The notes: generated from the sequence alone by a model not told the origin. A stretch of DNA of 64,000 nucleotides from Octopus vulgaris (GCA_951406725.2 OX597824.1:69378001-69442000), one strand, 5' to 3'; counted from the first letter of the stretch, positions 1 to 13,499 are shown. Made by a program: numbers and translations.

Positions 1-82
<82 letters not shown>

Positions 83-597
83 GTGTGTATGTGTGTATGA
101 ATGCGCGTGTGTGTGTATAATCGTCACTCGCAAACCGAATTTCAGTGAATTGAAAGCACTATGCTTTCACTAATTCTTTCAGATGCCCTTATATTCTACA
201 GCAGTGGTCGACCCACTCTCAACTATGACACTCTTCAACCAGCGTAGAATAGCCAGCAGTAGAGAAGATTGAGCCAGCAATAGGATCATATCTTATCTAG
301 TGACCTCCACTCAGTAGGAAAAGGCAAATTGAAGACATGCGGTATTTCATCACACGAAGAAGAGAACAGAAATTTAAAAATAAAAAACCGCAAAACCTTC
401 TGTGTGACATCCTTCTGACTCAGTCAATTGACCGCCTTCGTTTAAGTGGGTATATTTATGTGTGTGTGTGTGTGTGTGTGTGTTAGGCATTTATCTTTTA
501 CTTGTTTCAGTCATTAGACTGCGGCCATGCTGGCAGGCGCGCGTGCGTGCAACACACGCACAGACATATATAAGATACATGTATGTATTTATGTATG

Positions 598-662
<65 letters not shown>

Positions 663-986
663 GTGTATGTATGTATATGCATAGACATGCTTACTTGCAT
701 ATATATTTGTGTGTATATTATGGTATATATAAATGTGGTATACACATCAACGCGCACAAACACACACACACACACATACACTCACATCCACACACATACA
801 CACACGCACACACATAGAGAGAGACATATATTCCTATATACATACATACATACATTCATGAATACAGATCCTGACAATACTGGTGCCAATTATCAACGCC
901 CCTCACCAAATCCACCGCAAAGACAACTACCACTACCACCACTACCCCTACCATCACCAACGCTAATACCACCACCACCACCACTA

Positions 987-1040
<54 letters not shown>

Positions 1041-1655
1041 CATCATCCTAATTCACATTTCCGCCTTCCTATACCCTTTAATGACTCATTAATAAGAACA
1101 ATCTCCTTAATTTGTCATGTCACCATCGGATGCCATTGTACAGAGAGAGAGAGACTACCTTCTAAATATATCGAATTTCTTACAACTCCTCTATCATTTA
1201 TCATAATGTTCCTGACCTTGTCTGAGAATAGATCCGTAGACAGGCTGATATATCTTTATATATATATATATGTACACACTTCTCCCCTCCTTTTACTCTC
1301 TTTATGTATCTATCCATCAATCTATACGTTTGTTCGTAAGCGTGTCTGTGTGTGTTTGTATATATATATATGTGTGTGTGTATGTGTGTGTGTGTGTATT
1401 ACTTCATTAGTTACATACAGTGAAGAGCACGTGGGAGTACCACCACTGTAGTTTTCGTTTGACTGTTTATTTCTTTGCTTTAATTTTCATGCCGAAGTGG
1501 CAGTCTTCAGACGGAATTGCAACAAACGAGGATTTGAGAATCTCAAATTCCTTTTGAAAAACTTAAACCTTTTGGCATGAAACCGCAAGTAACGGAAAAC
1601 TAGTAAATATAATATATTACATTGCAGCAAATTTACCATATATATATATATATAT

Positions 1656-2031
1656 CCCCAGGAAACATTGTCTCCAGATGGCTATACGACACACTATTTG
1701 CGTCCATATATTTTTGAACGAGGGATTTTAGCGTCCCCACTCAGCCCAGAGCAATATCTGTGTACCAATGGTTTCAGGCTTATTTCCCTTCATCAGCACA
1801 AAATAACTACTCGGCTAGAGCAGTTGTGTGCTGATGAAGTGAAATAACCCAGAAATCATTGATAATGCTGATCTGGGTTGGGACAATAAACTACCTTGTT
1901 CGAAAATATAACGACACAGATAGTGTGTCATATAACCAGCCGGAGACGATGTTTCCTGGGGCTAAATAACAGTAACAATCGTTCTAAAGAGGACTGCCAC
2001 GTTACGTTAGCAAATAATTTATAATCTAGAG
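1656..2031. mobile_element. Fold-back (long imperfect inverted repeat) non-autonomous element with a hammerhead motif in each arm; probably Penelope pLTR-derived
   Basis: CCCCAGGAAACATTGTCTCC... (1656) pairs with ...GGAGACGATGTTTCCTGGGG (1961), centre ~1812. The right arm continues to ~2031 and matches the family copy at 20242-20439. Confidence 0.75.
1757..1802 (-). ncRNA. Minimal type I hammerhead ribozyme
   Basis: Minus strand reads UUGUG-CUGAUGA-AGG gaaauaag CCU-GAAA-CCA u UGG U A-CACAGA: intact core, stems I, II and III, and a GUA cleavage triplet. A degenerate mirror copy lies on + at ~1825-1865. Confidence 0.75.
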
Positions 2032-2235
2032 TTCTCTTAGTGGTTGATGGAAACTGAAAGAATCCCGTCGTCTCCCTTCACTTATGCTACTCTTTCTACT
2101 CTTTCTACTCTATCTCTCTATCTCTCTCTCTCTTTCTACTCTATCTCTCGTTCTCTCTCTCTCTTTCTCTCTCTCTCTCTCGCTCTCTCTCTCTCTCGCT
2201 CTCGCTCCCTCTCTAAATATATATATATATCTATG

Positions 2236-2267
<32 letters not shown>

Positions 2268-2305
2268 TGTATATACATATATATATATACATATATATGT
2301 ATTTC

Positions 2306-2352
<47 letters not shown>

Positions 2353-2399
2353 ATGTGTGTGCGTATGTGTGTGTGTGTGTGTGTTTGTGTGTTTATATA

Positions 2400-2433
<34 letters not shown>

Positions 2434-2520
2434 CACATACACAAATATATAAAAGCACTACGCTCATTGTTATATTAGAAGATCATTATTATTATTATTA
2501 TTATTATTATGATTATTATT

Positions 2521-3059
2521 GAGTGAGAGAGCAGTGCATGCCATCAAAGTGACACTGGGGTAAAATATACGAAGCGCAATATACCCATCGTGACTACCCA
2601 TCTGATAAGGGTACACCAGGCACATGCATCACAACCATATATGCGCGACATGGTGATCTAATACCAAGATAAACAGCGCAGGTAGGGCCCAGTTAGAATT
2701 TTCTTCTGGTCGAGTAACCCATCCCGCTCAAAAGGTTCCTGAATAATGATTGTTTAAGGATGTTGAACAAAATACCCATGTTTCCAGAGGTAATTTTTCC
2801 AAATCCCACAAAATTCCTCTCAACACATGGCTACGATGCTCCCCCACTACTTCTGCTCGTGATCAGAGATGCACATATCGTCAGCCACTAAGGGGCAAGC
2901 TCAACTGGTTACGGTCAAACAACTGACAAGCAAATATGTGGTATTGAGCAGAATATTTGCTGTAGCCCATCTTTTATACCAAGACAAAACAATGTACACG
3001 ATAACACTTCCAATCAGTTAAGATCAGAAGCCATGAGATCCACTGCCTGGTACTGCATC

Positions 3060-3060
<1 letters not shown>
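2521..3060. mobile_element. ~540-bp non-coding interspersed element embedded in a (TTA)n tract
   Basis: Complex sequence with abrupt boundaries; (TTA)n lies immediately on both sides (2485-2520 and 3061-3117); no ORF. Confidence 0.55.
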
Positions 3061-3117
<57 letters not shown>

Positions 3118-3603
3118 GAAGGATCATCAATCTACTTAGCTCAGCAACAAAGAAAACAACAAAACCAACAAAAGACAAAAAAAAGGAGATAAGAATCATG
3201 ATATCATGATCACCTTCAGCTTTAGATGATGTATTAGAAAAAAATGATCTCTGCAGCTTTATGTATTTATTTTATATATTTATTTACGTACTTCTTTTAT
3301 TTATTTATTCATTTATTTTTTTATTAGATACCGAAACAGGTTCTGACATCTGTTAATAGTGACATTTGTTAAACTATTGATTTTTCGCGTCACATATCCA
3401 CGCACAATTTTTCTTGGCCATTTTTTCCATGTTCTCTTCAGCTGTTCTGGTATCTTAAGAGTCTCGTAACGGAAAGTCGAAACGAGATCTTCTCTCAGAC
3501 TCCTATCCCCAATCTCCATTGCAATAACTTTTGCAGTGTCACCTCTCACACTTTTACGACATCATCTTTCATCTACGCAGGCTTTTGTTTTTTCTTATTG
3601 TGC

Positions 3604-3760
3604 AAGATTGGCTGTGTGGTACGTAACTTGCTTACCAACCACATGGTTCTGGGTTCGTTCCCACTGCGTGGCGTCTTGGGCAAGTGCCTTCTACTATAGC
3701 CTCGGGCCGACCAAAGCCTTGTGAGTGGATTTGGTAGACGGAAACTGAAAGAAGCCAGTC

Positions 3761-3808
<48 letters not shown>

Positions 3809-3836
3809 TTGTGTGTGCGTGTGTGTGTGTGCGTGC

Positions 3837-3879
<43 letters not shown>

Positions 3880-4061
3880 TGTGTTTGTCCCCCCAACATC
3901 GCTTGACAACCGATGGCGGTGTTTTTACATCCCCGTAACTTAGCGGTTCGGCAAAGAGATCGATAGAATAAGTACTAGGCTTACAAAGAGTAAGTCCTGG
4001 AGTCTATTTGCTCCAGCATGCCCGCAGTCAAATGACTGAAACAAGTAAAAGAGTAAAAGAG
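3604..4061 (+). mobile_element. tRNA-derived SINE family B (CORE-like domain, internal (TA)n/(TG)n, tail ...TGACTGAAACAAGTAAAAGAG)
   Basis: A-box TGGCTGTGTGG and B-box GGTTCGTTCCC, then CTTGGGCAAGT. Homologous to 35455-35956, 42331-42717 and 57030-57320. Confidence 0.85.
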
Positions 4062-4651
4062 TATGTAAAGATATGTATGTGTATGTGTATGTGTGTGCGT
4101 ATGTGTGCATATGTAAGTATATATATTTGTATGAATGTTTGCATGTACGCATATATATGTGAATATGTATGTACCTGAGACCAGGAGAAAAGAGGCGATT
4201 TAGTTTGTTTTATTAAATATAACACCGGAAATTACATAAACTTTACACGTGTTTCACTAGCGTAAAGTTTTAAGTTTAAATCTCTTGTATTATTCTGCTC
4301 TCGGATCTACATTTTATAAATGATTAAAATGTATACAATACCTGGAAGAAAATCGGAAGACAAATGTTGCTCAATACCTGATTGGAATCTGGATATACGC
4401 GAATTTACATATTGTTCTACACATCAGCTATTCCCGGTCCTTTTGTCCGTAAAATACTGGAAACGACACATCACTCTGGAGATACGTTATCCAACTGAGT
4501 GAAATGCCAATCACCTAAGGAGGCACATTTTCACCTTGTATAATAATGATTGTACAACATTTCAACTATGTACTCAAGGTGTAAGAATGTGTCAAAACAA
4601 CTGTAGTTATTTTTAAATAAAGAATGTCGGTAATCCATTTTCTATCATATA

Positions 4652-4726
<75 letters not shown>

Positions 4727-4747
4727 TATGTATATATATATATATAT

Positions 4748-4966
4748 AAATTAGAAAAAAACATCTTTTATCAATTCAACAATGAAAAAATTATATTTGT
4801 CATTTTACCAAATATATACGTTTTATTTATTATTTTGTACGTTACTTAATCATTGATATATGTTTTTATCTTATATTTAATTTTTTCTATAGGATGTAAT
4901 TTTTTCTATATGGTATAATTTAATTTTTTCATTGTTGGATTGATAAAGGTGTTTTTTTTCTAATTT
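4748..4966. mobile_element. AT-rich MITE-like element with ~46-bp terminal inverted repeats in (TA)n
   Basis: AAATTAGAAAAAAACATCTTTTATCAATTCAACAATGAAAAAATTA versus the reverse complement of 4921-4966; TA repeats on both flanks. Confidence 0.6.
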
Positions 4967-5074
4967 ATATATATATATTATATTTTGTGAAATTTGATTT
5001 AGTATTTCTAAATTGAATTTTTCCTTGTAAGTTTGGAGTAATATTCCTTAATATTATATATATGTGTGTGTGTA

Positions 5075-5131
<57 letters not shown>

Positions 5132-5703
5132 TACAAAATGGAATACCAACATTATATATATACAGAGAGAGAGAGAGAGAGAATGAACAAAAGTTATTTT
5201 ATTCCACACAGGTCAAAATACTGAAAAAATAGAAGTTGAAAATGCACTGAAGATTGTTAAAATATATTTTATTAATATATTTAAAACAGTAACCGATTTC
5301 ACATTTTACCCTGATTTTCAAAGAATTGAAATAAAAAGACGTGGCCTATGTCGCAACTGTCTTGCTTCTGACTCGTGTTTGAATGTTGCCCTATTTTGAT
5401 AGTGAGTTCATAGCTGAAATTAGTATATGTTTTGAATAGGATTTGATTGGTAGAAGAAAAATCACGACTGGTCTTAGAAATTTTTATAGGTTCCCCGCTA
5501 CGTCCGTGTGTTAGTATCAAGTAACAATGTTTGGCGTCGTAAGTTGGAGCTGAGATGGTTGACTGAACATGTCCAAAGTTCTGAATGTTTTGTTAAATGT
5601 TTGTTAAGAATGAACACATGATTAAGTTAATAACCTTTTGTACGTTTACCGCTACGTCCGTGCGTTAGTGTCACGTGACAGTATATTTTGCGCCTATAAA
5701 TAT

Positions 5704-5747
<44 letters not shown>

Positions 5748-5835
5748 ATATATATATATATATATATATATACATACCTACATCCATATATATATATTTG
5801 TGTGTGTGTGTATATATATATATTGGTATATATAT

Positions 5836-5957
5836 TGGTGTGTTTACGTCCCCGTAACTTAGCGGTTCGGCAAAAATAAGTACCGATAGAATATGTACCA
5901 GGCTTAAAGAATAAGTGCTGATGTCCATTCACTCGACTAAAAATTCAAGGTGGTGCT
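5836..5957 (+). mobile_element. SINE family B 3' fragment
   Basis: GGTGTGTTTACGTCCCCGTAACTTAGCGGTTCGGCAAAA matches family B. Confidence 0.75.
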
Positions 5958-6949
5958 CTATTTTATCTAAACTTTGGTTCCTAATTCCAAATCTGCCCTT
6001 AGATTTCGCGTATCGAAACAATTTTATTAAGAAGCGAATTTTCTGAACTTTTTCTTTAGTAATGTAATGCAATATGCATATTTGTAAAATAGAATTGCCA
6101 GTTATATGATTTAATATCTTGCATAGTCAATTTAGCTGTTTTATGAGAAGAACTATTCTTTTTCACCTATATATATACATCATTATATTTACATATATGG
6201 AAATTCGATATATTTTGTAAAAACAAAAATATCTGTATTTTAAAAAAATTAGCATACTTTTTTATACTGTTATAGTCATCTTTGTCCAATTCAACCAAGG
6301 AAAACACAGTAAAATGCACTAAATGTCACCGAAATTATATTTATAATAGTCAACAGTATTATGTTTTTGGTATAAATACATCATTAATCTACAACTTCAG
6401 TCATTTTCGTGCTTATTCGACATCTGAAGATATAATCATAAGCATTAAAAAAAGGGGTATGTTCAGTAAGTGTACTTTCGAAGGAACCCACTTTCTCTTC
6501 TTAGTCTATCGAACATATTCCCTTACTTGTTTCCCTCTTGGATACCAATAATAATCTGCTCTCACATTTGAATTCCATCATCCCGGGAATAATTTTTTTT
6601 CTTTCATTATATTTTAAATCTTGGTCGAGAGGCTTGTCTTGTTCTTTACTAACATTCTCCAAATAGGCAAGAAATTATTAGTCAAAATTCCTTTTGATAT
6701 GATATACTTTAAATCGCAAATACAAGCAACTGAAGGATCTTTCGAGTAACGTTTCTCCGAATTAAGAGGTCACAGGTTCGGTATTACAGACAAGAAATCA
6801 GATTGCCATAAGAAAGAATCTAATGCAGTTTCTTCGAGCCCAGTCAACCGGCAGGAAACTTTTGAGAGACCAAGAATGAAATGGATTATATCCATTGGTC
6901 ACGCTGGGAACACCGTAGGAAAAATGTACTGAGAGTTGCTTCTTATAGG

Positions 6950-8310
6950 ACCTTCTGTTGGATGTGGCCCACGATTCTACCCCAACAACTCTCCCAGGAA
7001 TAGTGGGTGGTCAAAATGGATGGATACTTATATTACATGCTAGCTTCCTAAGTTCATAATTTCGTATTTGTTGCTGTCCAATTTTTTTGTAATTTCTGTG
7101 AAATATCATCCAGGTATTTATCATGAAAGATTTAAGTAAGCACTTTAAAAGTTAATCTCTCTTTAATATTCTTATCTTCGGCTCAGCAAAAACATGTCTC
7201 CAATTTCTGTGGCTTTGGACCAGGAAATTTTTCACACGTATCTTATAAAAAATCACGGGATTTTCATCAAACCACGTTTCATATGAAATGCTGGGAACAA
7301 AATGTGTTCTTCTTTTACTAAGAGGAAGTGTTTTTGATATTTGCTGTCCAACATCGAAATCTCTTCTTTCTGGACATTTCGTCTTCAGACAGCGATAAGC
7401 TTTAGCTCACTTCTCTACAAAGAAAAATGGTATTTAACGTAACTGGTTTATTCATTAATATGTTAATCACTTTTCAAATCTCTACTAATCACCCAAATGT
7501 GTTCCATGTATCTGAAATTTTTCAGTACTTTTTTCGTGGGTTCATCACTTTCTCTTAAATGTACAGATTGGCACATCAATGCTGAAGCAAGCACGTTCTA
7601 ATTATCGCTCAACAAAATAGAATTTAAACCCTTCTCTCAGAAGCTATTCAATCCATTCATTTTGATGATTGTATTTCACAAACCATTTTCATCAAGGTGG
7701 TAAACAATGTCACATTCCATTCTGAAACACTTCACAGAAATTTGTTTAGCTCCATGGAAACTAAATGTTAATCCCAGGGGAGCAGGCTATATTGATTCAA
7801 CCTACTTCCCTCAAATTCTGCTGAGATCTTTGAAAGATTTAAATCCCGCATTAGCTCATTTAAATCAGACTAGGTGTAAGTGGACTGTGTATACATTTTA
7901 TCCTTAGCGATCTCCTGCGGAATGCAGTTGTCAGGTTCGATAACATCTAAATCATTGAACAAGGGAAGCGGTACAATGGCTTGAAGCAAATTTGAGGGAG
8001 ATTTTTTCTGATTATTAGCTTCGTCCAGAAATATCAAACATACAAATTTACCAATCTACAGGATGGTTCCTAAACTTTCACCCGAACCACTGAAACATCA
8101 AAGGTCCCTCTTTTATACAAAATTAGACCACTGTCCTATATTTACAACGCATGTTCAGCAATGTGGTAGGGGACTACGATTTCACTTCATCACCCATTTT
8201 CTCTTCAAAATAGATGAAAAATGATTTTACAAAACCTGTAACAGATTCCGTTTGGGTTCTTATCACAAATGATCCACAAATATCCGGATCAGCACATTCT
8301 CTGCTGTTAG
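6950..8310 (-). pseudogene. Decayed Chapaev3-type (CMC superfamily) DNA transposase
   Basis: Hand translation of the minus strand (with stops and frameshifts) gives colinear motifs: ECADPDICGSFVIRTQTESVTGFVK..YFEEKMGDEVKS (~8170-8300), SDLNELMRDLNLSKISAEFEGSRLNQYSLL (7781-7869), PAFHMKRGLMK (~7263-7295) and VFAEPKIR (~7172-7195). These match, from memory, the family motifs LGDQDK, ELNDLVRDL.LSK..AELLGSRL, PPLHIKLGLMK and F.GPQIR. Confidence 0.7.
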
Positions 8311-8635
8311 TATTAGCCAAGTTTGATCCCAATTCTTATAATATCACATTTACATTATACGGTACACAGATATAGCATTTCACCACTGTCTTTCTAGCAG
8401 ATCAAGATTAAGGACAGGCAAGTCATTTTTTTTTTATCAGAGAGGATCTAGGATTATTTTATCCAATGCCTACATCCTTTTCCTCTTTCATTGGAAATGA
8501 TGAATTTCTGGGCATCATTTGGCTGAGGTAGATCCAGCAGCTTGATCGACGTCTTCTTGTCCACTTAGCGGAAAAGTGGCTACTTCAGCATATCGATACT
8601 TAAGTAGATCATTACTGTCCGTATTAAATGAGTGA

Positions 8636-8681
<46 letters not shown>

Positions 8682-8908
8682 ACATCTGTGTGTGTCTGCG
8701 TCTGTGTGTGTCTGTGTCTGCATGTCTGCGTGTCTGTGTGTCAGTGCGGATATGTATGTATATATAAATGCATATATATATGCATACATATACATTTATA
8801 TATAAGTACATATAAATACACACACACATATCTATATAGGTACATAGATAAATACATTACTTAGATAACATGATACAGATGTACTGATATATACATATAC
8901 ATATATAC

Positions 8909-9002
<94 letters not shown>

Positions 9003-9299
9003 GAAAAGGCATTTTTTTCTTTTGCCTTTATTTATAACTGTTTATAATTTTCACCTTAAAAGGTATTTTAATATACTGGCCACTGATAGAATTTTTTATG
9101 AAAAATTTTATCCTTAGAAGTATGTATATATATATATATATATGTGTGTGTGTTGTGTGTATGTGTATATATATATATATATGTATGTATATATGCATAT
9201 ATATATATATATATGATTGGCGAGTATGTGCATATGTGCGTTTATGTGTATAGTTTATGCATATTTGTCCATGTAGACACATACATACATACATACATA

Positions 9300-9546
9300 T
9301 TGGGTTGATGTATAATTATTGCGGCTTTTTGGCAACAAATTTTATTCAACAAAAACGATACCGACATGTAACAAAAACATCTTTAAATGATTATTCCGGA
9401 GCATATTCACCATTCGCTTCAATTACTGCTTCGCATTTGCAAAGTAGACGGTCAGACCATCATTTAAAGCTGTTTTTGTTAAATATTGTTTGTTGAATAA
9501 AATTTGTTGAAAAAAAAAAGGCCGCAATAATTATGCACCATCCCAA
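9300..9546. mobile_element. Tc1/mariner-derived MITE
   Basis: TA|TTGGGTTGATGTATAATTATTGCGGC ... GCCGCAATAATTATGCACCATCCCAA|TA with ~90-bp imperfect arms. The core on the minus strand reads RLLCKCEAVIEANGEYAPE*, like a mariner transposase C-terminus. Confidence 0.85.
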
Positions 9547-9775
9547 TACATACATACATACATACATACATAAATACATACATACATACATACATACATA
9601 CATACATACATACATACATACATACATACATACAAATGAGGAAACAATCTTAGAAGAAAAACGACAAGCAATGTTGGTACAGTAAAGAATATGTAATTAA
9701 TAACAGCAAACGAAAGATGTGTATGGGTGGGAACTAAATACGAAAAGATTATAAATAATAATGATAATAATAATG

Positions 9776-9869
<94 letters not shown>

Positions 9870-10169
9870 AACAAAATTTAAGAGACATTGGCAACACTAA
9901 CAATAACAACTATAACAGCTAAAAGAAACTGTCAGTAGAGAGAGAGAGAGAGTGTGTGTGTGTGGGGGGGGGGGAATGGAGAGAGAGAGTGTGTAAAACA
10001 AGCAGAGAATGAAGGTAAAGGATATTTCGAAAAGGTCAGTTGTTTCCAGAGTCAGACAGCTGTTATTTACCTATATAGATAAAGTTACATATTTACATAT
10101 ATATACATGCGTACATACATGCATGCACACGCTTGTATGTGTGTAAATATACGTACATACATACATACA

Positions 10170-10236
<67 letters not shown>

Positions 10237-10295
10237 AGAGAGAGAGAGGGAGAGAGAGAAAGAAAGAAAGAAAGAGAAAGAACGATAGATAGATG

Positions 10296-10359
<64 letters not shown>

Positions 10360-11029
10360 TACAAGCAAAGTGCAAGATATCTACCTGAGTAGGGCAACAG
10401 GTCTTTGTATACGAGTAAGCCTTCTCCTAGAGGAATTCCTTGACAAAGACCATTGGTCCGTGATGCCCAGTGCGCCTACTGCACCTCGGGCACTAACACG
10501 AGTATTTCTAAGTCCCGACGCACACGTACATACATACATACATATATACATACATACATACATACATACATACACACACATACATACATACATACATACA
10601 TACATACACACACATACATACATACATACATACATACATACATACATACACACATACATACATACATACACACACACATACATACATACATACATACATA
10701 CATACATACACACTTACATACATACATACATACATAAATACATACATACATACATACACACATACATACATACATACATACACACACACATACATACATA
10801 CATACATACATACATACACACATACATACATACATACATACATACATACATACATACATACACACACATACATACATACATACATACATACACACATACA
10901 TACATACATACATAATATACATACATACATGCATACATACATACATACATACATACATACATACATACATACATACATGATGACTCTCCACTAGTGACTG
11001 AGGAAGATCGTCACTGACCTTTAAGAATA

Positions 11030-11412
11030 TGGCGAGCAAATTTACTTTTTACATTCTTTACACTTGTGGCTCCGCTGGTGACTAATGAACCCAGCCCTTA
11101 ATAAACTTGGTAAACACACATGCGCAGATATGGCAGACCAAGTTTCTCCCTCTATTCCCATACGTTTTCAAGCAGCTAGTTTAAATTTTGTATCTCGCCA
11201 TAATGACTATAGCGAAAGAGGTGATATGGAAGACACGTGGAAGAGGCGTCGCATCAGGCATCTACGTCTCCGGGCATGCTTTAGTGAATCTCTTTTTATA
11301 TCACTTAACAGGGAAAGTATTTCTGGAGAGGAAATGCCTGACGGCAAAAAAGTTCGGGAGAAGATGGAAGAAAGTAGCCTGAATGCTGAGTATGTAAGGG
11401 CCAAATTAACGA
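11030..11412 (+). pseudogene. Degenerate Tx1/L1-clade LINE ORF2 C-terminal fragment
   Basis: ORF 11188-11382 (IAKEVIWKTRGRG...SGHALVNLFLYHLTGKVFLER...FGRRWKKVA) aligns to the end of the 51051-52355 ORF (MAKECIWWTRLKG...SGQSLINFFKYHLKRKVRVER...FKKRWVNVA). Confidence 0.75.
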
Positions 11413-11536
11413 TAACGATAAACGTCGCCCTTTTCAAGCCCATCCACGCTCATGGGCCCGGTTTCTCGGTTTCTGTGGTGTATGTGTTCCCTCTTATAAA
11501 AACACTCGCTGAAGTTGCCACACAATGGGGTCTATA

Positions 11537-11760
11537 CCTATTTCTTTACTACCCACAAGGGGCTAAACACAGAGAGGACAGACAAACGGATTAAGTCGAT
11601 TATATCGACCCAAGTGCGTAACTGGTACTTAATTTATAGACCCCGAAAGGATGAAAGACAAAGTTGACCTCGGCGGAATTTGAACTCAGAACGTAACGGT
11701 GGACGAAATACGGCTACGCATTTCGCCCGGCGTGCTAACGTTTCTGCCAGCTCGCCGCCT
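11537..11760 (-). mobile_element. tRNA-derived SINE family A (head GGCGGCGAGCTGGCAGAAACGTTAGC; tail TTTAGCCCCTTGTGGGTAGTAAAGAAA)
   Basis: Full-length match to the copies at 13152, 17457, 31335, 31958 and 50389. Confidence 0.85.
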
Positions 11761-11981
11761 ATACCGAAACCTCAATTGTATTAATACCAATTTCTTAACC
11801 ACTTTGCTATATCTGCATGAGTGAGTGTGTATGTGTGTATGTATGAGTGTGTGGTGTGTGTTTGTGTGCGTGTTTGTGTGTGTGTGTTTGTGCATGTGTG
11901 TGTGTATGAGTGTGTTTATGAGTGTGTGTATGTGTATGTGCGTGTGTGTGTTTCAGTGTGTACATATGTATTTATACCTAT

Positions 11982-12365
11982 GGAAGCACTCCGTCGGTTA
12001 CGACGATGAGGGTTCCGGTTGATCCGATCAACGGAACAGCCTGCTCGTGAAATTAACGTGTAAGTGGCTGAGCACTCCACAGACACGTGCACCCTTAACG
12101 TAGTTCTCGGAGATTTTCAGCGTGACACAGAGAGTGACAAGGCCGGCCCCTTGAAATACAGGTACAACAGAAACAGGAAGTAAGAGTGAGAGAAAGTTGT
12201 GGTGAAAGAGTACAGCAGGGATCACCACCATCCCCTGCCGGAGCCTCGTGGAGCTTTTAGGTGTATTCGCTCAATAAACACTCACAACGCCCGGTCTGGG
12301 AATCGAAACCGCGATCCTATGACCGCGAGTCCGCTGCCCTAACCACTGGGCCATTGCGCCTCCAC
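11982..12365 (-). mobile_element. tRNA-derived SINE family C
   Basis: Head (minus strand) GTGGAGGCGCAATGGCCCAGTGGTTAGGGC...GGTTTCGATTCCC; tail ...CCGACGGAGTGCTTCC. Confidence 0.85.
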
Positions 12366-12600
12366 ATTTATGCCTGTAGGCATGCATACACTCTACGCGG
12401 CTAAAATTATACGCGTCTTGTTACATTTTTCTCGTACTTTAATTTTGAGTGCTTTTTGTTCTTTTCGTTATAGAACCATGATTAAGTTTTCTGTTCGTGA
12501 TGTCTGACACCCGCTTCGATACTTTTTGTCCAGTTCTTAAGATTTCACGCGTGAAACCACCGGCAACAATGAACTATTTCACTAACTGTACTAAAGAACA

Positions 12601-12970
12601 GTGGAGGCGCAATGATCCAGTGGACTCGCGGTCGTAGGATCGCGGTTTCGATTCCCAGACCGGGCATTGTGAGTGTTTATTGAGCGAAAACACCTAAAGC
12701 TTCACAAGGCTCCTGCAGGGGGTGGTGGTGAACCCTGCTGTACTCTTTCACCACAACTTTCTCTCACTCTTTCTTCCTGTTTCTGTTGTACCTGTATTTC
12801 AAAGGGCCAGCCTTGTCACACTCTGTGTCACGCTGAATCTCCTCGAGAACTACGTTAAGGGTACACGTGTCTGTGGAATGCTCAGCCACTTGCACGTTAA
12901 TTTCACGAGCAAGCTGTTCCGTTGATCGTATCAGCTAGGACCCTCATCGTCGTAACCGACGGAGTGCTCC
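12601..12970 (+). mobile_element. SINE family C with TSD TACTAAAGAACA(GT)
   Basis: Homologous to 11982-12365 in opposite orientation. Direct repeat at 12589-12600 and 12973-12984. Confidence 0.85.
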
Positions 12971-13151
12971 TATACTAAAGAACAGTAACAACAATAACAA
13001 CAACAACAACGGTAACAACAATATTAACAACAACAATTATAGGAGCAATTACTATCACCAATTTGTCATCGACACAATAAATCAGCACGGAAGCCTCTAC
13101 GTGGTCGATGGAATTGAAAGAAAGCACAAGTAAAGATAGACACATTAGATA

Positions 13152-13386
13152 CTTATTTCTTTATTACCCACAAGGGGCTAAACACAGAGGGGACAAACAA
13201 GGACAGACATAGGTATTCAGTCGATTACGTCGACCCCAGTGCGTAACTGGTACTTAATTTATCGACCCCGAAAGGATGAAAGGCAAAGTCGACCTCGGCG
13301 GAATTCGAACTCACAACGTAACGGCAGACGAAATACCGCTAAGCATTTCGCCCGGCGTGTTAACGTTTCTGCCAGCTCGCCGCCTT
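13152..13386 (-). mobile_element. SINE family A
   Basis: Full-length copy, flanked by ACACATTAGATACT direct repeats. Confidence 0.85.
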
Positions 13387-13499
13387 GTAACACATTAGAC
13401 ACATTAGATACTGTATCCTTGTCACCCCTGGGCGGGGTGGTCACAGCTGGGTTGCCTTTGATCATAGATCTGCCTGATCAAGATTGAATTGCTGCTGAA

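Noticed and set aside
462-1451. 329-aa ORF and the many similar YI/CV/HT/YLSI/MYVC ORFs
   Set aside because: Translations of di- and tetranucleotide microsatellites that lack stop codons; no domain content.
3313-3549. 78-aa ORF faintly like a Tc1 C-terminus
   Set aside because: Similarity too weak and no TIRs seen.
4230-4275. GAAACACGTGTA (minus strand) hammerhead half with AAACTT/AAGTTT stem
   Set aside because: No CUGANGA box; at most a deleted remnant.
12280-12365. tRNA-like sequences at SINE heads
   Set aside because: They run straight into SINE bodies and lack a proper acceptor stem; not tRNA genes.
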